A stretch of 63,471 nt of DNA, the filler included, from Deltaproteobacteria bacterium (GTDB lineage Bacteria; JACQOV01), in the NCBI GenBank assembly GCA_016202395.1. It is 5 parts of 5 records of this genome, joined end to end, with 100 filler letters (N's around TTAATTAATTAA, not from the genome) between each part and the next. Parts side by side here need not be neighbours in the genome. Positions count along the whole stretch, not along the records: positions 8,918 to 25,830 come from JACQOV010000007.1; positions 25,931 to 54,987 come from JACQOV010000103.1; 3 more parts are not named here. One strand, given 5' to 3'. A program made the translations under genes and the position numbers. Shown in pieces: positions 18,684-28,602 of this stretch. Under the pieces are notes generated by a model that saw only the letters and a program-made list of their open reading frames with translations, searched no databases and had not been told where the DNA came from. The stretch's first letter is position 1. Each line of letters starts with the position of its first letter.

Positions 18684-21600
18684 TTACTTTTTGAGGGGTG
18701 GGAGATAGTCCTCATAGATCGAGTCGCAGGTGTCGTTCTCCAAACAGGGGTCGTAGAGTTTTTTCCCTGTCCTGAAGAAATAGGAGGCTTGGTTGGTAAG
18801 GAAGGTGCCCGTGTCGGAGCGGATGGAACTCCCATCGGGCATTGGAATCTTGTAACCAATGTCGGGAGCATTCAGTCCGTGGTGGTTGGTGGTTCCATCG
18901 ATAAAGGCAAATCCCGCAGAGGCTTCAATCGATTTTCCATCCGCCATCTCCCCAACTTCGGTAGGGGGAAGAGGCCCTCCGTTCTCGTTGGGATCGTTAG
19001 GGATGGTCAGGAGGCTCCCATCCAGGTTCGGGCTGGAACTCCACATCGGGGCACACCAATTCGCAAGATTGGGAGCTTGGGGATCTGCGGGGCTGCACCC
19101 TTCCGGTGGACTTTGGGCATTATTAGGGTTCCATACAATGGGGTCGGGAGCCCAGGGGATAATATCGTAACAGGGAGTGGAGTTTCCCTCTTCATCGAGA
19201 GGACAGAGGTTTCCTTGGTTGTCATGGGTGAGGCGACAATCTGCATTCCCGCGCATGCAGATTTTTCCGCTTTCGTTAACAAAGGCTTTTCCAACAGCTC
19301 CTTTCAGGAGGCCATTCTCGATCAACTTTTCGTTAAAGGCATAGTCCCAGGCGCCGTAGAAACGCCCATACATGCAGGAGCTGATCGGAACGTTAGAATC
19401 TCCTACGCTACAAACGTTGAAAAGCGCTCGATCGTTGTCGATGCCAGGGAATCGTCGATTCTTAATGACAAAGCCGGTGGGATCGTTGTAAGGGATATCG
19501 CCATTAAAATAATGGCTCACATAGTTGGCGCCATTGAAATCATCGAGAATGTGATGAGAAACGTGAAGCAGGCGCCGAAATCTTGGGGTGTTTCTATCGA
19601 CTCCGTAACCTCGAATTGGAGAAGAGAGATCCTGTTGGAATAGGGTCTCTCCTTGGGCGTTTTGGAGAGTGAGGCGCAGAGGATCCCCCTCGTCGGTCGC
19701 TACGGTTAAGCGAAATTTTGAGTTTCGATCGATGCGGGCCGCCTTTTTGTCGCCGTTTTTTAGATTTTCAAGCCTGGCGGTTCCTCCTGCGAGTTGGCTG
19801 ATGACACTCGAGTCGTGAAGAGTTGTGAGGTCGGAGAGCGCTTTCATCTCGGGAATAACCTGATCCGGATGGATGTATTCTGTCATGTCGGCGAAGGTAA
19901 GGAAGAGTTGATAGCCGTTTCCATCTTCAGTAGGTCGACCTGCAACGCAGGGGGCGCAAAAGATTCCACCAAAGGCCACTTGCCAAAACGGATCTTGGAA
20001 CGTTCGGACGACGATGTCGCTAAGCTCGGCCCCTCCTGAGATGGGGAATGTCCCCGACACGAGCGGATTCAAGCTCCCATTGAGGTTGGAGAAGATCCCT
20101 CCGAGTGAGGATCCGGTCAGGAAAAAGGGGCCTCCCAGATCGACTTTACCGTCCTCGTTAAAATCTCCATTCAGAGCCGAGGGGTTCCCTTTTGCGTCGA
20201 CACCGGTGAAATGGAGAATGGTCTGAATAAATTGCGATTGATCCAGGATAGCTTGATGTGCGTTGGCCCGTGTATGGAAAGGGTTTGTCGGATCGAACAT
20301 CTTCCCAGCGGAGAGCGTTTGCCCTCGCAGTCCGATTGCTTTGGCGCGGCCGTCCCCCGCGATAATTTCATCGAAGAAAGGGCAACTCCAGAGGTCCTCT
20401 ATGAGATCGACGATATCGGCGCTTGTCGAGAAGTCGCCGGATGACATTTTGGAAGTCGAACAGTAAAGGGAGGTCTGTCGGATCAAAAAATGTTTTGTAA
20501 GGAGAAGGGCCGTTTCTTCCGTTGCATCGAGGAACTTTTGAATAAAGGCTTCTATCTTCGAGTCATCGACGGTGGATAAAAATTTGGAGATAGTCGTGAG
20601 GAGCAAAGCGACTTTCGATGTCAGATTTTGACTACAGTTTTCCGAAAAATCGGAGGAGCTTAATATCGTTTTCATGAAAGCGGTTGCGGGGGAATAAACA
20701 CCTGGAAGATCTTCATTATTGTAGATTCCAATTTTGCATATCCCATCCGCAATGTCTGCGCTTGCTTCGGAAATATTGTCGGCGCTCTCTTTCAATACCT
20801 CGGCAAGCAACTCGGCGGTTGAAGCTTCTTCGCATGGCTTTCCAAAATGCTCGATGCATTCTTCTTCATTGGGATTCCATGCCTCGATGAGGTTGCTTTT
20901 TACCAAGGCTTCGATGGCTTTTTTTGCTTCACTGTCGTTACAGATTCCTGCATGATTGCAAAGAAAAGGGACGAGATTTTCAATGCGGAGTTTATCGGTG
21001 GGGCCATGTTCTGGAGCGTCCATTCCACAGACTGCGAATCCGTGTCTGGCAAAAGGTCCTGATAGGATCAGGGCCTTTAAGCGAGAAGAGGCAAATCCGT
21101 GTCCCGCGAATACCACCGGGAAGGGGGCTTCGATCCCCAGTTCGGGTCTTTCCTTCGGGATGGAGCAAAGAAAAGTGACATTCTCTTCTCCAAAAACTGG
21201 AATTTTCCCTGTTCGCAAGTCTGTTCCATCTCGGTAATCCAGGGTGAGGACCTGCTCTGTTTCAGGGGTATCGGGGAAATCGTTCGGTTGTGAGGTCAGC
21301 AGTGGGGTTCGGAAAGCTCCCCAGATCGTGTAGTCGACATAATCGGTCAGAAGATTAGTAAGGGTGAGTCCCGCGGTAGGGGACATCTCCGTTCCTCCGG
21401 TTTCTCCTCCTCCGGCCCAGATTGTGAAAATAACGGCGGCCATCGGTTGGAAAGGTTCTGTTTTGATGATGTAGGGGTTCTGCGACTTCCCTCCAAAGGT
21501 TTTCTCGATCTTAGCGTCGCTGAGGTAAGTGATTTCCGCAGGATAGTCTTTCTCAAAATGCGCGAAGATCCCTTTCCCGAAAGGGGCTTGAGCCAAAGCT

Positions 21601-22568
21601 TGTGCCAGCTCCGTTTGAGTTCCCGTGGTGTAATTCCAGGCGAAGGCGATATCTTCGGTCTGAATCCCGAGCTGTTGGAGATAGGGAATAGCCGGTTTGA
21701 GCGCCTCGGTTTGTGTCGTATGGTTGATATACTTAAAGGGGGATTGAATCGGATAGCCATCGAGCCCTTTAATCTTTCGATTCAAGAAAACCCCGTATTC
21801 ACACTGTTCCTCCAGAGGAAAAATAGGTCGGATGATCAATGTATTCGTTTCCGTTTCGTAAAAATCGACATAGTCCAGATCTCCATCGCCATCAAGGTCG
21901 AAATAATTTCCTGTGAAATTGCAGCGGCCGTCTTGGTTGATATCCTCGTCGTAGTCGCATTCTCCATCGCCGTCCACATCGGGTTCAGAATTAAAAAGGG
22001 TGTCCTCGGCCCTTTTGTTGGGGTCGTTTGCAAAAATTTCGTGCCACTCTCCAAGAAGGGCGGACTGAAGTTGTGTGGGATAATTTCCCTCTCCCATATC
22101 GACGGGAAAGACGGTTCCCACGGGGTAACGTCCGCAGTCTTTGAGCTGCATCAAAACGACGCTGTTTTGGCTATTTCGGTAAACAGTTTTGAGATCGAGC
22201 GGCTTGTCGAAGGAGAGCCAGATAGGGCCCGTTGTTCCAAAACCATCGAGGTAATTGATGTGCCCTCGCGTCGTTTTCTCAAAGTTTGTTTCTACGTTTT
22301 CGATGGAGATATTGAGACGACGTTGTGTGGGAGAGGTCGAATCATAAATCGCTCCCGCGTTATTGGGGAAGGGGGCGTCGGGAAGGGTCCCCGGTTCTTC
22401 GGGATAAGGCTCCCAATGGATTTTAGGGCCTTCTCCTGCAATGGTAAGAGCCAGACCTTGAGTCTCTACTCCGTCCTTGTCGAGATTGAAGCACCCCGAG
22501 GCGATCAGGTTTGCGCAAATGGTAAAAAAGAGCAAGAACCGTTCGTTCAGTCCAGACCCGAGCATCAT
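18684..22568 (-). CDS. Large lipoprotein with Ig-like N-terminus and alpha/beta-hydrolase (lipase-like) domain
   Basis: Lipobox IASGC after GAGGAGG RBS; PFPN, LDGFGT, FAGHGF, CGMDAPEHG, GSSLGG nucleophile elbow; DxDGDG loops. Confidence 0.75.
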   Translation of the reverse strand: MMLGSGLNERFLLFFTICANLIASGCFNLDKDGVETQGLALTIAGEGPKIHWEPYPEEPGTLPDAPFPNNAGAIYDSTSPTQRRLNISIENVETNFEKTTRGHINYLDGFGTTGPIWLSFDKPLDLKTVYRNSQNSVVLMQLKDCGRYPVGTVFPVDMGEGNYPTQLQSALLGEWHEIFANDPNKRAEDTLFNSEPDVDGDGECDYDEDINQDGRCNFTGNYFDLDGDGDLDYVDFYETETNTLIIRPIFPLEEQCEYGVFLNRKIKGLDGYPIQSPFKYINHTTQTEALKPAIPYLQQLGIQTEDIAFAWNYTTGTQTELAQALAQAPFGKGIFAHFEKDYPAEITYLSDAKIEKTFGGKSQNPYIIKTEPFQPMAAVIFTIWAGGGETGGTEMSPTAGLTLTNLLTDYVDYTIWGAFRTPLLTSQPNDFPDTPETEQVLTLDYRDGTDLRTGKIPVFGEENVTFLCSIPKERPELGIEAPFPVVFAGHGFASSRLKALILSGPFARHGFAVCGMDAPEHGPTDKLRIENLVPFLCNHAGICNDSEAKKAIEALVKSNLIEAWNPNEEECIEHFGKPCEEASTAELLAEVLKESADNISEASADIADGICKIGIYNNEDLPGVYSPATAFMKTILSSSDFSENCSQNLTSKVALLLTTISKFLSTVDDSKIEAFIQKFLDATEETALLLTKHFLIRQTSLYCSTSKMSSGDFSTSADIVDLIEDLWSCPFFDEIIAGDGRAKAIGLRGQTLSAGKMFDPTNPFHTRANAHQAILDQSQFIQTILHFTGVDAKGNPSALNGDFNEDGKVDLGGPFFLTGSSLGGIFSNLNGSLNPLVSGTFPISGGAELSDIVVRTFQDPFWQVAFGGIFCAPCVAGRPTEDGNGYQLFLTFADMTEYIHPDQVIPEMKALSDLTTLHDSSVISQLAGGTARLENLKNGDKKAARIDRNSKFRLTVATDEGDPLRLTLQNAQGETLFQQDLSSPIRGYGVDRNTPRFRRLLHVSHHILDDFNGANYVSHYFNGDIPYNDPTGFVIKNRRFPGIDNDRALFNVCSVGDSNVPISSCMYGRFYGAWDYAFNEKLIENGLLKGAVGKAFVNESGKICMRGNADCRLTHDNQGNLCPLDEEGNSTPCYDIIPWAPDPIVWNPNNAQSPPEGCSPADPQAPNLANWCAPMWSSSPNLDGSLLTIPNDPNENGGPLPPTEVGEMADGKSIEASAGFAFIDGTTNHHGLNAPDIGYKIPMPDGSSIRSDTGTFLTNQASYFFRTGKKLYDPCLENDTCDSIYEDYLPPLKK

Positions 22569-22859
22569 AACCCTCCTCTCCCGCTTCCCCTGGATTTCAA
22601 GTTGTGCCCATCCGCTAACAACAGTTTTCAATGTTTTTCTTGTTCAGTCAAATGAAAAACGGGTTTTTTTGAATTTATTTTTAGACGCAACGCGTTGATT
22701 TTATTATTTAATTGATCTATAGCCTCTTTGTATAAAGCGCCTTTGAAGCGGGGCAGACTGAATCTTTATTGTAGGGAGCGGTTTGATCCGATTCCTTGAA
22801 AAATGAATTTTCGTTCATTTAATCGACAGAGCCAGATCCCTTATCGAACATCGCAGTCC

Positions 22860-22893
22860 TTGACAGGACTTTTTAAATTGACTATTCTAGTCA
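22860..22893 (+). promoter_or_regulatory. Promoter/operator of the vapBC operon
   Basis: TTGACA-N17-TATTCT overlapped by palindrome TGACTA-TTC-TAGTCA; ATG 6 nt after the -10 box. Confidence 0.7.
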
Positions 22894-22894
22894 T

Positions 22895-23188
22895 ATGAAA
22901 AATGCTGCCGTTTCAATACTGAAAGCTTCTTTGAGTGAGTACCTCGCCAAGGTTAAGCAAGGGGAAGAGGTCATTGTGACCGATCGAGGGAAGCCGATAG
23001 CCAAAATTATCCCCTTCCGTTCCGTAGGAGGTTTTCTAAATGTTCAAAGAACGAGTTTGGCTCGAGAGGGGGTTTTGGAGCTTGGGACCGGAAAAGTTTC
23101 AGAGGATTTTCTCAAGCCATCCCCTGTTCGCGACCCCTCCGGTTCTGTCTTGGAAGCCCTGCTCGAGGAAAGGGAGGAAGGGATTTGA
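22895..23188 (+). CDS. Phd/YefM family antitoxin
   Basis: LKASLSEYLAKVKQGEEVIVTDRGKPIAKI. Confidence 0.9.
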   Translation: MKNAAVSILKASLSEYLAKVKQGEEVIVTDRGKPIAKIIPFRSVGGFLNVQRTSLAREGVLELGTGKVSEDFLKPSPVRDPSGSVLEALLEEREEGI

Positions 23189-23610
23189 GGTATTGGGACT
23201 CCTCAGCCCTCATTCCTTTATTGGTTGAGGAAAAGCAGAGCGGCCCGATCCGATCGATTTTGAAGGAAGATCCCTCTATCATTTCATGGTGGGGAACCTC
23301 CGTGGAGTGCTTTTCAGCGTTGTGTCGTCGTTGGCGGGATCGGACGTTTAACGATCTGGAGTTCCAGAAGTTAAGAAAACGGTCGAGCCGCTTGATGAAT
23401 GAAGTGGATTTTGTGTCCCCTTCTAATATTGTGAGAGATCGTGCCATTCGATTGCTCGCAACGCATCCCCTCAGATCGGCCGATGCCCTACAACTGGCTG
23501 CCGCTTTGCGCTGGATCCAAGATGAAACGAAAGGGGTCGGTTTTGTTTGCCTGGACGAACAACTCCGTGCGGCCGCTTCTGCAGAGGGATTCACTCTTTT
23601 CCCTGAATAA
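23185..23610 (+). CDS. VapC PIN-domain toxin
   Basis: YWDSSALIPL, LRSADALQLAAA, FVCLDEQL. Confidence 0.9.
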   Translation: MRYWDSSALIPLLVEEKQSGPIRSILKEDPSIISWWGTSVECFSALCRRWRDRTFNDLEFQKLRKRSSRLMNEVDFVSPSNIVRDRAIRLLATHPLRSADALQLAAALRWIQDETKGVGFVCLDEQLRAAASAEGFTLFPE

Positions 23611-23662
23611 TATCCATACCGTTTGACAGACATGGCAGGCTTTATCTAAAATCCCTCTCAGG

Positions 23663-25387
23663 ATGGAAAACGCCGATATTGCAAAGATTTTTAGTGATAT
23701 CGCCGATATTCTTGAGATTCGAGAGGAAAATCCTTTCCGCATTCGCGCCTATCGGAACGGCGCTCTCACCCTCGAAAATCTCTCTGAAAGATTAGCAAAG
23801 ATTGTTGAAAGAGATCCCAAGCAATTGAGGGAACTCCCTGGCATTGGAGAGGATCTTGCGGCAAAAATTGTGGAGGCGGTCACAACTGGGAAGATTTCTT
23901 TTTATGAAAAACTTCTGACCCAAATTCCACGCACGCTTCTGGATCTCATGAGGATTCAAGGAATAGGGCCCAGAAAAGCAAGACTTTTTTACAAGAAACT
24001 CAAGGTGGAATCGATTGAAGACCTCGAAGAAGCAGCCAAGGCGGGAAAACTTCAAAACCTTCCAGGGATGGGGAAAAAATCGGAGCGCAAAATTCTTCAA
24101 GCGATTGCCGATTTTCGAGGCCGAGACTCTAAAAGATTTTCCCTCTTTCGTGTTCTCCCGCATGTGGAGGCTCTCGTCGATTATCTGAAAAATGGCTTTA
24201 AAGGGATTGAGGTCACCCCTTCCGGATCAGTGCGGCGCCGGAAAGAGACGATTGGGGACATCGATATTTTGGTTGCGGGTGGAAATGCCTCTAAAATAAT
24301 GGGCCATTTTGTTCAATACAGAGAGGTGAAGAACGTTTTGGCCAAAGGGGAGACCAAATCTTCCATCGTTTTGAATAACGGCTTGCAGGTGGACGTTCGA
24401 GTGATTGGAAAAGGGAGCCATGGTTCCGCACTCCATTATTTCACCGGTTCCAAGGAACATAACGTAGCGATTCGGGATCGAGCGAAGCGGATGGGGCTCA
24501 AAATAAGCGAGTACGGCGTTTTTCGTGAAAAGACAGGGAAGCGAGTGGGTGGCAAAACAGAAGCAGAGGTTTTCAAAGCGGTAGGGCTCTCATGGATTCC
24601 GCCGGAGATGCGGGAGAATCGGGGAGAGATTGAGCTGGCTGAGAAGGGGGAATTGCCGAAGCTGATCGAGCTGTCCGATATGCAAGGGGATCTCCACATG
24701 CATACCCAAGCGAGCGATGGATCTCATTCCATCGAGGAAATGGCGTTAGCCGCGAAAAAGGCGGGCCGAAAATATGTGGCGATCACGGATCATTCCAAGG
24801 CAGTAACGGTGGCTCATGGCCTTGATGAAAAACAGATGCTTCAACACATGAAAGAGATTGACAAAGTCAACGAAAAGATCGATGGGATTGAGGTGCTAAA
24901 AGGGGTGGAGGTGGACATCTTGAAAGAGGGCTTGCTCGATTTGGAAGATGCGGTCCTCGAGAAAATGGATGTGGTGGTGGGATCCATCCATTCCCATTTT
25001 GGGATGGAGGAGAAGGCAATGACAAAGCGGATTCTCCAAGCGATCGAGACCGGCTTCGTCGATATTGTGGGGCATCCCACGGGGCGACTTTTGGGGGAGC
25101 GTTCCGCATACGCCGTCGATATGGAGAAACTGATGGATGCCGCCAGGTCGAATCATGTGGCTCTGGAATTAAACGCCTATCCCAATCGTTTAGACTTGAG
25201 CGATATTTATTGTAAAATGGCGCGAGACAAAGGGGTGTGGCTAGTGATCTCAACCGATTCTCATAGCACGGCGCAGCTCGAGAACATGATCTATGGGATT
25301 TATACGGCGCGACGCGGTTGGTTGGAAAAGGAGCATGTTCTAAACACCCGTCCCTGCGCCGAATTTAAAAAAATATTACATCGGTAG
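23663..25387 (+). CDS. polX: DNA polymerase X / PHP phosphoesterase fusion
   Basis: GSVRR.KETIGDIDIL, YFTGSKEHN, DLHMHT..SDG, ITDHS, STDSH. Confidence 0.95.
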   Translation: MENADIAKIFSDIADILEIREENPFRIRAYRNGALTLENLSERLAKIVERDPKQLRELPGIGEDLAAKIVEAVTTGKISFYEKLLTQIPRTLLDLMRIQGIGPRKARLFYKKLKVESIEDLEEAAKAGKLQNLPGMGKKSERKILQAIADFRGRDSKRFSLFRVLPHVEALVDYLKNGFKGIEVTPSGSVRRRKETIGDIDILVAGGNASKIMGHFVQYREVKNVLAKGETKSSIVLNNGLQVDVRVIGKGSHGSALHYFTGSKEHNVAIRDRAKRMGLKISEYGVFREKTGKRVGGKTEAEVFKAVGLSWIPPEMRENRGEIELAEKGELPKLIELSDMQGDLHMHTQASDGSHSIEEMALAAKKAGRKYVAITDHSKAVTVAHGLDEKQMLQHMKEIDKVNEKIDGIEVLKGVEVDILKEGLLDLEDAVLEKMDVVVGSIHSHFGMEEKAMTKRILQAIETGFVDIVGHPTGRLLGERSAYAVDMEKLMDAARSNHVALELNAYPNRLDLSDIYCKMARDKGVWLVISTDSHSTAQLENMIYGIYTARRGWLEKEHVLNTRPCAEFKKILHR

Positions 25388-25396
25388 GAGGGAGAC

Positions 25397-25830
25397 GGAT
25401 GTCCTTTTCGCTCACGCACAAAATTTTGACTGATCAGTGGGAAAAATTCACTGGAATGTTTTTTCTCGCTTCACTCGCAAGATTTTTGACCCGTGGGGAC
25501 AGTTTGGCTTTGCTAACTGTCCCCACAGGGGTCGCTCTAGCAAATACGACCTACCTGGGGACAGGTAGCTTCGCAACCTGTCCCCATGTTCGCCAAGAGG
25601 GGTACCCCAAAAATCTTGCGGCGTTCGCTCAAAAAAACATCCTAGTGAACTTTTCCAACCTCCACCAACGGTTTCTGTTGTTTAGCCTCTCTAAGGGAGG
25701 TAGGTCTCTGAACTCGCTAGCATTTCTCGCCTAGCACCTGCACAGGGGTCGCTCTAGCAAATACGACCCACATGGGGACAGGTAGCTTCGCAACCTGTCC
25801 CCATGTTCGCCAAGAGGGGTACCCCAAAAA
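25397..25830. repeat. Composite palindromic repeat cluster, truncated by the contig end
   Basis: 90-bp direct repeat at 25524-25613 and 25741-25830 (2 mismatches); 25681-25735 recurs inverted at 58891-58945. Confidence 0.85.
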
Positions 25831-25930
25831 NNNNNNNNNNNNNNNNNNNNNNNNNNNNNNNNNNNNNNNNNNNNTTAATTAATTAANNNNNNNNNNNNNN
25901 NNNNNNNNNNNNNNNNNNNNNNNNNNNNNN
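25831..25930. other. Artificial contig linker
   Basis: N-run with TTAATTAATTAA. Confidence 0.97.
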
Positions 25931-26434
25931 ATGCTGTTCTATGTGCCGCCTCTCCTGCCGGTGATGGCCTCCGTAAAAGAGGCGAATCAGCGTGAGCAGG
26001 CGGCCAAGCTCGGACCGATCGCCAAGGTCTGGGACGACAATTGGCTCTATGACACCAGCACCGAAGAGCTTTGGGGAACCATCGACCAGGCCCGCTTCCC
26101 GCTGAAGTATCTTGCGAATCTCTTAAGCGCCGGGGACGAGGGGAAGGTCAAAGAGAGATTAAAGAAATTGATGGCGGTCCGGATTTATCGCCGCTTTAAA
26201 ACGGTTGGGGATATTCCGGAGAAAAAGGCGAACGAAGCGCTGAGGGAGGTGGGCTACACGCCCGAGATGGCCAACGACGTCTTCTATCTGACGTCGCTAC
26301 CCAAGTTCGATGACCGGTTCGTGATCCCGGCGGCCCATCGCGAGCAGGCGATCGAGATGCTGGAGTTTACCGGCGACCGCAGAGGCAACGCCGGCTTCGG
26401 CTTCAAAGAAGGCACGATGCAGAGAGGATTGTGA
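25931..26434 (+). CDS. narH: Respiratory nitrate reductase beta subunit, C-terminal fragment
   Basis: MLFYVPPLLPV, R.PLKYLANLLSAGD, DDRFVIP..HRE; followed by narJ and narI. Confidence 0.9.
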   Translation: MLFYVPPLLPVMASVKEANQREQAAKLGPIAKVWDDNWLYDTSTEELWGTIDQARFPLKYLANLLSAGDEGKVKERLKKLMAVRIYRRFKTVGDIPEKKANEALREVGYTPEMANDVFYLTSLPKFDDRFVIPAAHREQAIEMLEFTGDRRGNAGFGFKEGTMQRGL

Positions 26435-26440
26435 GTCCAA

Positions 26441-27151
26441 ATGAACACCGCACATTATTGCCATCTGGCGGAGTTGTTTGATTTTCCAGGGCCGGAGTTC
26501 GCCGCCCGGGAACGGGCGCTGGTGGGCCTGCTGCGTGAAAACTATCCCGCTGCTGCCCTCGAGGTGGAGCATTTTCTGGACGCGATTCCGGAGCGGACGC
26601 TGGACCTCCAAGAACTCCACACCCGCACCTTTGACGTGCAGTCCCTGACGACGTTGGACATCGGTTATGTCCTGTTCGGAGACGACTACAAGCGCGGGGC
26701 GTTGCTGTCCCATTTGAGTCGCGAGCACGCACAGGCAGAAAATGACCTTGGGCGCGAACTGGCCGATCACTTGCCGAACGTGCTACGACTGATTCCGAAG
26801 CTGAAAGATTTGAGCCTGCTGGACGAATTGGTCCGGCAGATCCTGGTGCCGGCGCTGATGCTGATGATCCGGGAGTTTGACCCGGGACGGATCGAGAAGA
26901 AAAACGTGAACTACCAGAAACATTTCAAGACGCTCATTGATCCGGCCACCGGATGCGACTCGACGATTTATTGCCTGCCGCTCAAGGCTGTGTTGCATGT
27001 ACTAGAAAAGGATTTCCCGGTGACCGAGATGATGACCCGGTTGTCGGACTGGAGCGATCGGCCGCAAACGGTAGATTTTCTGGGATTGATTGAGAAGGAA
27101 ATGGACATTGAAAACAACTCAAACCCGGTCAATAGCAGTTGTGACTCTTGA
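26441..27151 (+). CDS. narJ: Nitrate reductase molybdenum cofactor chaperone
   Basis: QELHTRTFD, LFGDDYKRG, ELADHLP; located between narH and narI. Confidence 0.85.
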   Translation: MNTAHYCHLAELFDFPGPEFAARERALVGLLRENYPAAALEVEHFLDAIPERTLDLQELHTRTFDVQSLTTLDIGYVLFGDDYKRGALLSHLSREHAQAENDLGRELADHLPNVLRLIPKLKDLSLLDELVRQILVPALMLMIREFDPGRIEKKNVNYQKHFKTLIDPATGCDSTIYCLPLKAVLHVLEKDFPVTEMMTRLSDWSDRPQTVDFLGLIEKEMDIENNSNPVNSSCDS

Positions 27152-27177
27152 CCACAGGCTCCTAGCGAGGAACGAAT

Positions 27178-27906
27178 ATGAACTTATTTAATAATTTCTT
27201 GTTTATCGCCCTCCCCTATATCGCGATTGTGACTTTTGTTGTCGGGTCCGTTCAACGGTATAGGGCAACCGGGTTTAAAGTCTCCTCTTTATCCTCCCAG
27301 TTCCTGGAAGGGAAAAAACTTTTCTTCGGCTCCATGCTATTTCACTGGGGGATTCTGGTAGTCTTCATGGGGCATCTCGTCACCTTTCTTTTTCCGACGG
27401 CGACCTTGGCATGGAACAGCAATCCGGTGCGTCTGATTGTGCTCGAGGTGCTGGCCTTCACGTTCGGCCTAAGCCTCTTGATCGGATTGACCGGGCTCTT
27501 CCTTCGGCGGATCTCGAATCCGCGCATTCAAACAGTGACCAGTCGAATGGATCTTGCCACCGAGCTTCTGATTTTGGCGCAGGTTGTCTTGGGATGTTGG
27601 ATCGCGCTAGGATACCGATGGGGAGCTTCCTGGTTCGCATCGGATCTATCCCCCTACCTGTGGTCGATTATGAAACTGAATCCACAGATCGAAGCGGTGA
27701 ACGCCATGCCTCCCGTGATCAAGGCTCACATCGTCGGGGCCTTCATTATCATTGGAGTGATCCCGTTTACCCGACTGATGCATTTTCTGGTGGCCCCCTT
27801 CCACTACATCGGACGGCCTTATCAACTGGTGATGTGGACCTGGGATCGCAAACGGGTCCGTGACTCGATGACCGTTTGGACGGAACATCGCCCGAAGAAT
27901 AATTAA
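27178..27906 (+). CDS. narI: Respiratory nitrate reductase gamma subunit
   Basis: PYIA, SSLSSQFLE, FHWGIL...GH, PFTRLMH heme b ligands. Confidence 0.95.
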   Translation: MNLFNNFLFIALPYIAIVTFVVGSVQRYRATGFKVSSLSSQFLEGKKLFFGSMLFHWGILVVFMGHLVTFLFPTATLAWNSNPVRLIVLEVLAFTFGLSLLIGLTGLFLRRISNPRIQTVTSRMDLATELLILAQVVLGCWIALGYRWGASWFASDLSPYLWSIMKLNPQIEAVNAMPPVIKAHIVGAFIIIGVIPFTRLMHFLVAPFHYIGRPYQLVMWTWDRKRVRDSMTVWTEHRPKNN

Positions 27907-27918
27907 CAATAACTAACA

Positions 27919-28602
27919 ATGAACACTCAAGAGTTAAACCAGATCGATCCTCTGACAAAACAGCCGGAACTGGGGCCGGAACAAATGAGGGATGAGAAGG
28001 AATTGTCCCCCATGGATCCCCCGGAGGCCTACTCTCCCCCTGCCATGAACCCGGTGTCTCCAGAAGAGATGCACCCTTTCCTAAGAAAGTTTAGCAAGGA
28101 GCATGTGCTTTTCATAGAAGAGTTGAACATTTTTGAAGAGGCTCTCCTTTCGATTCAAAAAACGGGGTTCACCAGAGAGTTAGACGGCAAATTGAAGCAT
28201 TTCTTCCATTTCTTTGATTCCAACTTCGTCCCTCACAGCAGGCGGGAGGAGGCGACCCTGTTTCCCTTGCTGAACGAACGACTGATTGCAAATGGGGAGC
28301 ATAGCAAGAGCGCAGTTCCTATGACGGCAATCGATCTTATGCAGGATGAGCACCTCCAGGCCGTACAGTGGGCCGCGGTGATTCTTAATTTTCTAGGGCT
28401 CGCCTTTCGTCTTCCGGACGAAAAATCGAGGTTGATCGTGCTGGATGCCGCGCTCGAACAGGGGAAAAACCTGGTTGAGCTCTTGCGCCTTCATATTTTT
28501 CGCGAGGACAACATCGTTTTTCCATCGGCTCATCGGCTGATCTCCGAGACCGAATTCGACTCAATGAGGATGTTTCCGTATGGAACAGAACGTAACCGGT
28601 AA
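27919..28602 (+). CDS. Hemerythrin-like (HHE) domain protein
   Basis: KEH, PHSRREEATLFP, DEH, LHIFREDNIVFP. Confidence 0.85.
   Translation: MNTQELNQIDPLTKQPELGPEQMRDEKELSPMDPPEAYSPPAMNPVSPEEMHPFLRKFSKEHVLFIEELNIFEEALLSIQKTGFTRELDGKLKHFFHFFDSNFVPHSRREEATLFPLLNERLIANGEHSKSAVPMTAIDLMQDEHLQAVQWAAVILNFLGLAFRLPDEKSRLIVLDAALEQGKNLVELLRLHIFREDNIVFPSAHRLISETEFDSMRMFPYGTERNR

Noticed and set aside
18418-18871. ORFs 18418-18708, 18440-18661 and 18638-18871, the last ending in the same LLLGTENI as the EIIA protein
   Set aside because: Read-through of the MITE and its inverted terminal repeat, not real paralogy.
21447-22655. Long antisense ORFs (402 aa here; also 7087-7980, 18789-19643, 34058-34738)
   Set aside because: Shadows of well-supported genes on the opposite strand, without motifs or start signals.
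25399-25734. 111-aa ORF after polX
   Set aside because: Lies wholly within the palindromic repeat cluster; no protein motif.
25524-25830. Direct repeats with hairpins as a possible CRISPR array
   Set aside because: Only two 90-bp copies, no regular unique spacers, no cas genes; modules recur elsewhere as dispersed repeats.
25931-26434. Possible nitrite oxidoreductase NxrB
   Set aside because: narJ-narI-narK-narK context favours Nar; the alpha subunit is missing, so this cannot be fully excluded.
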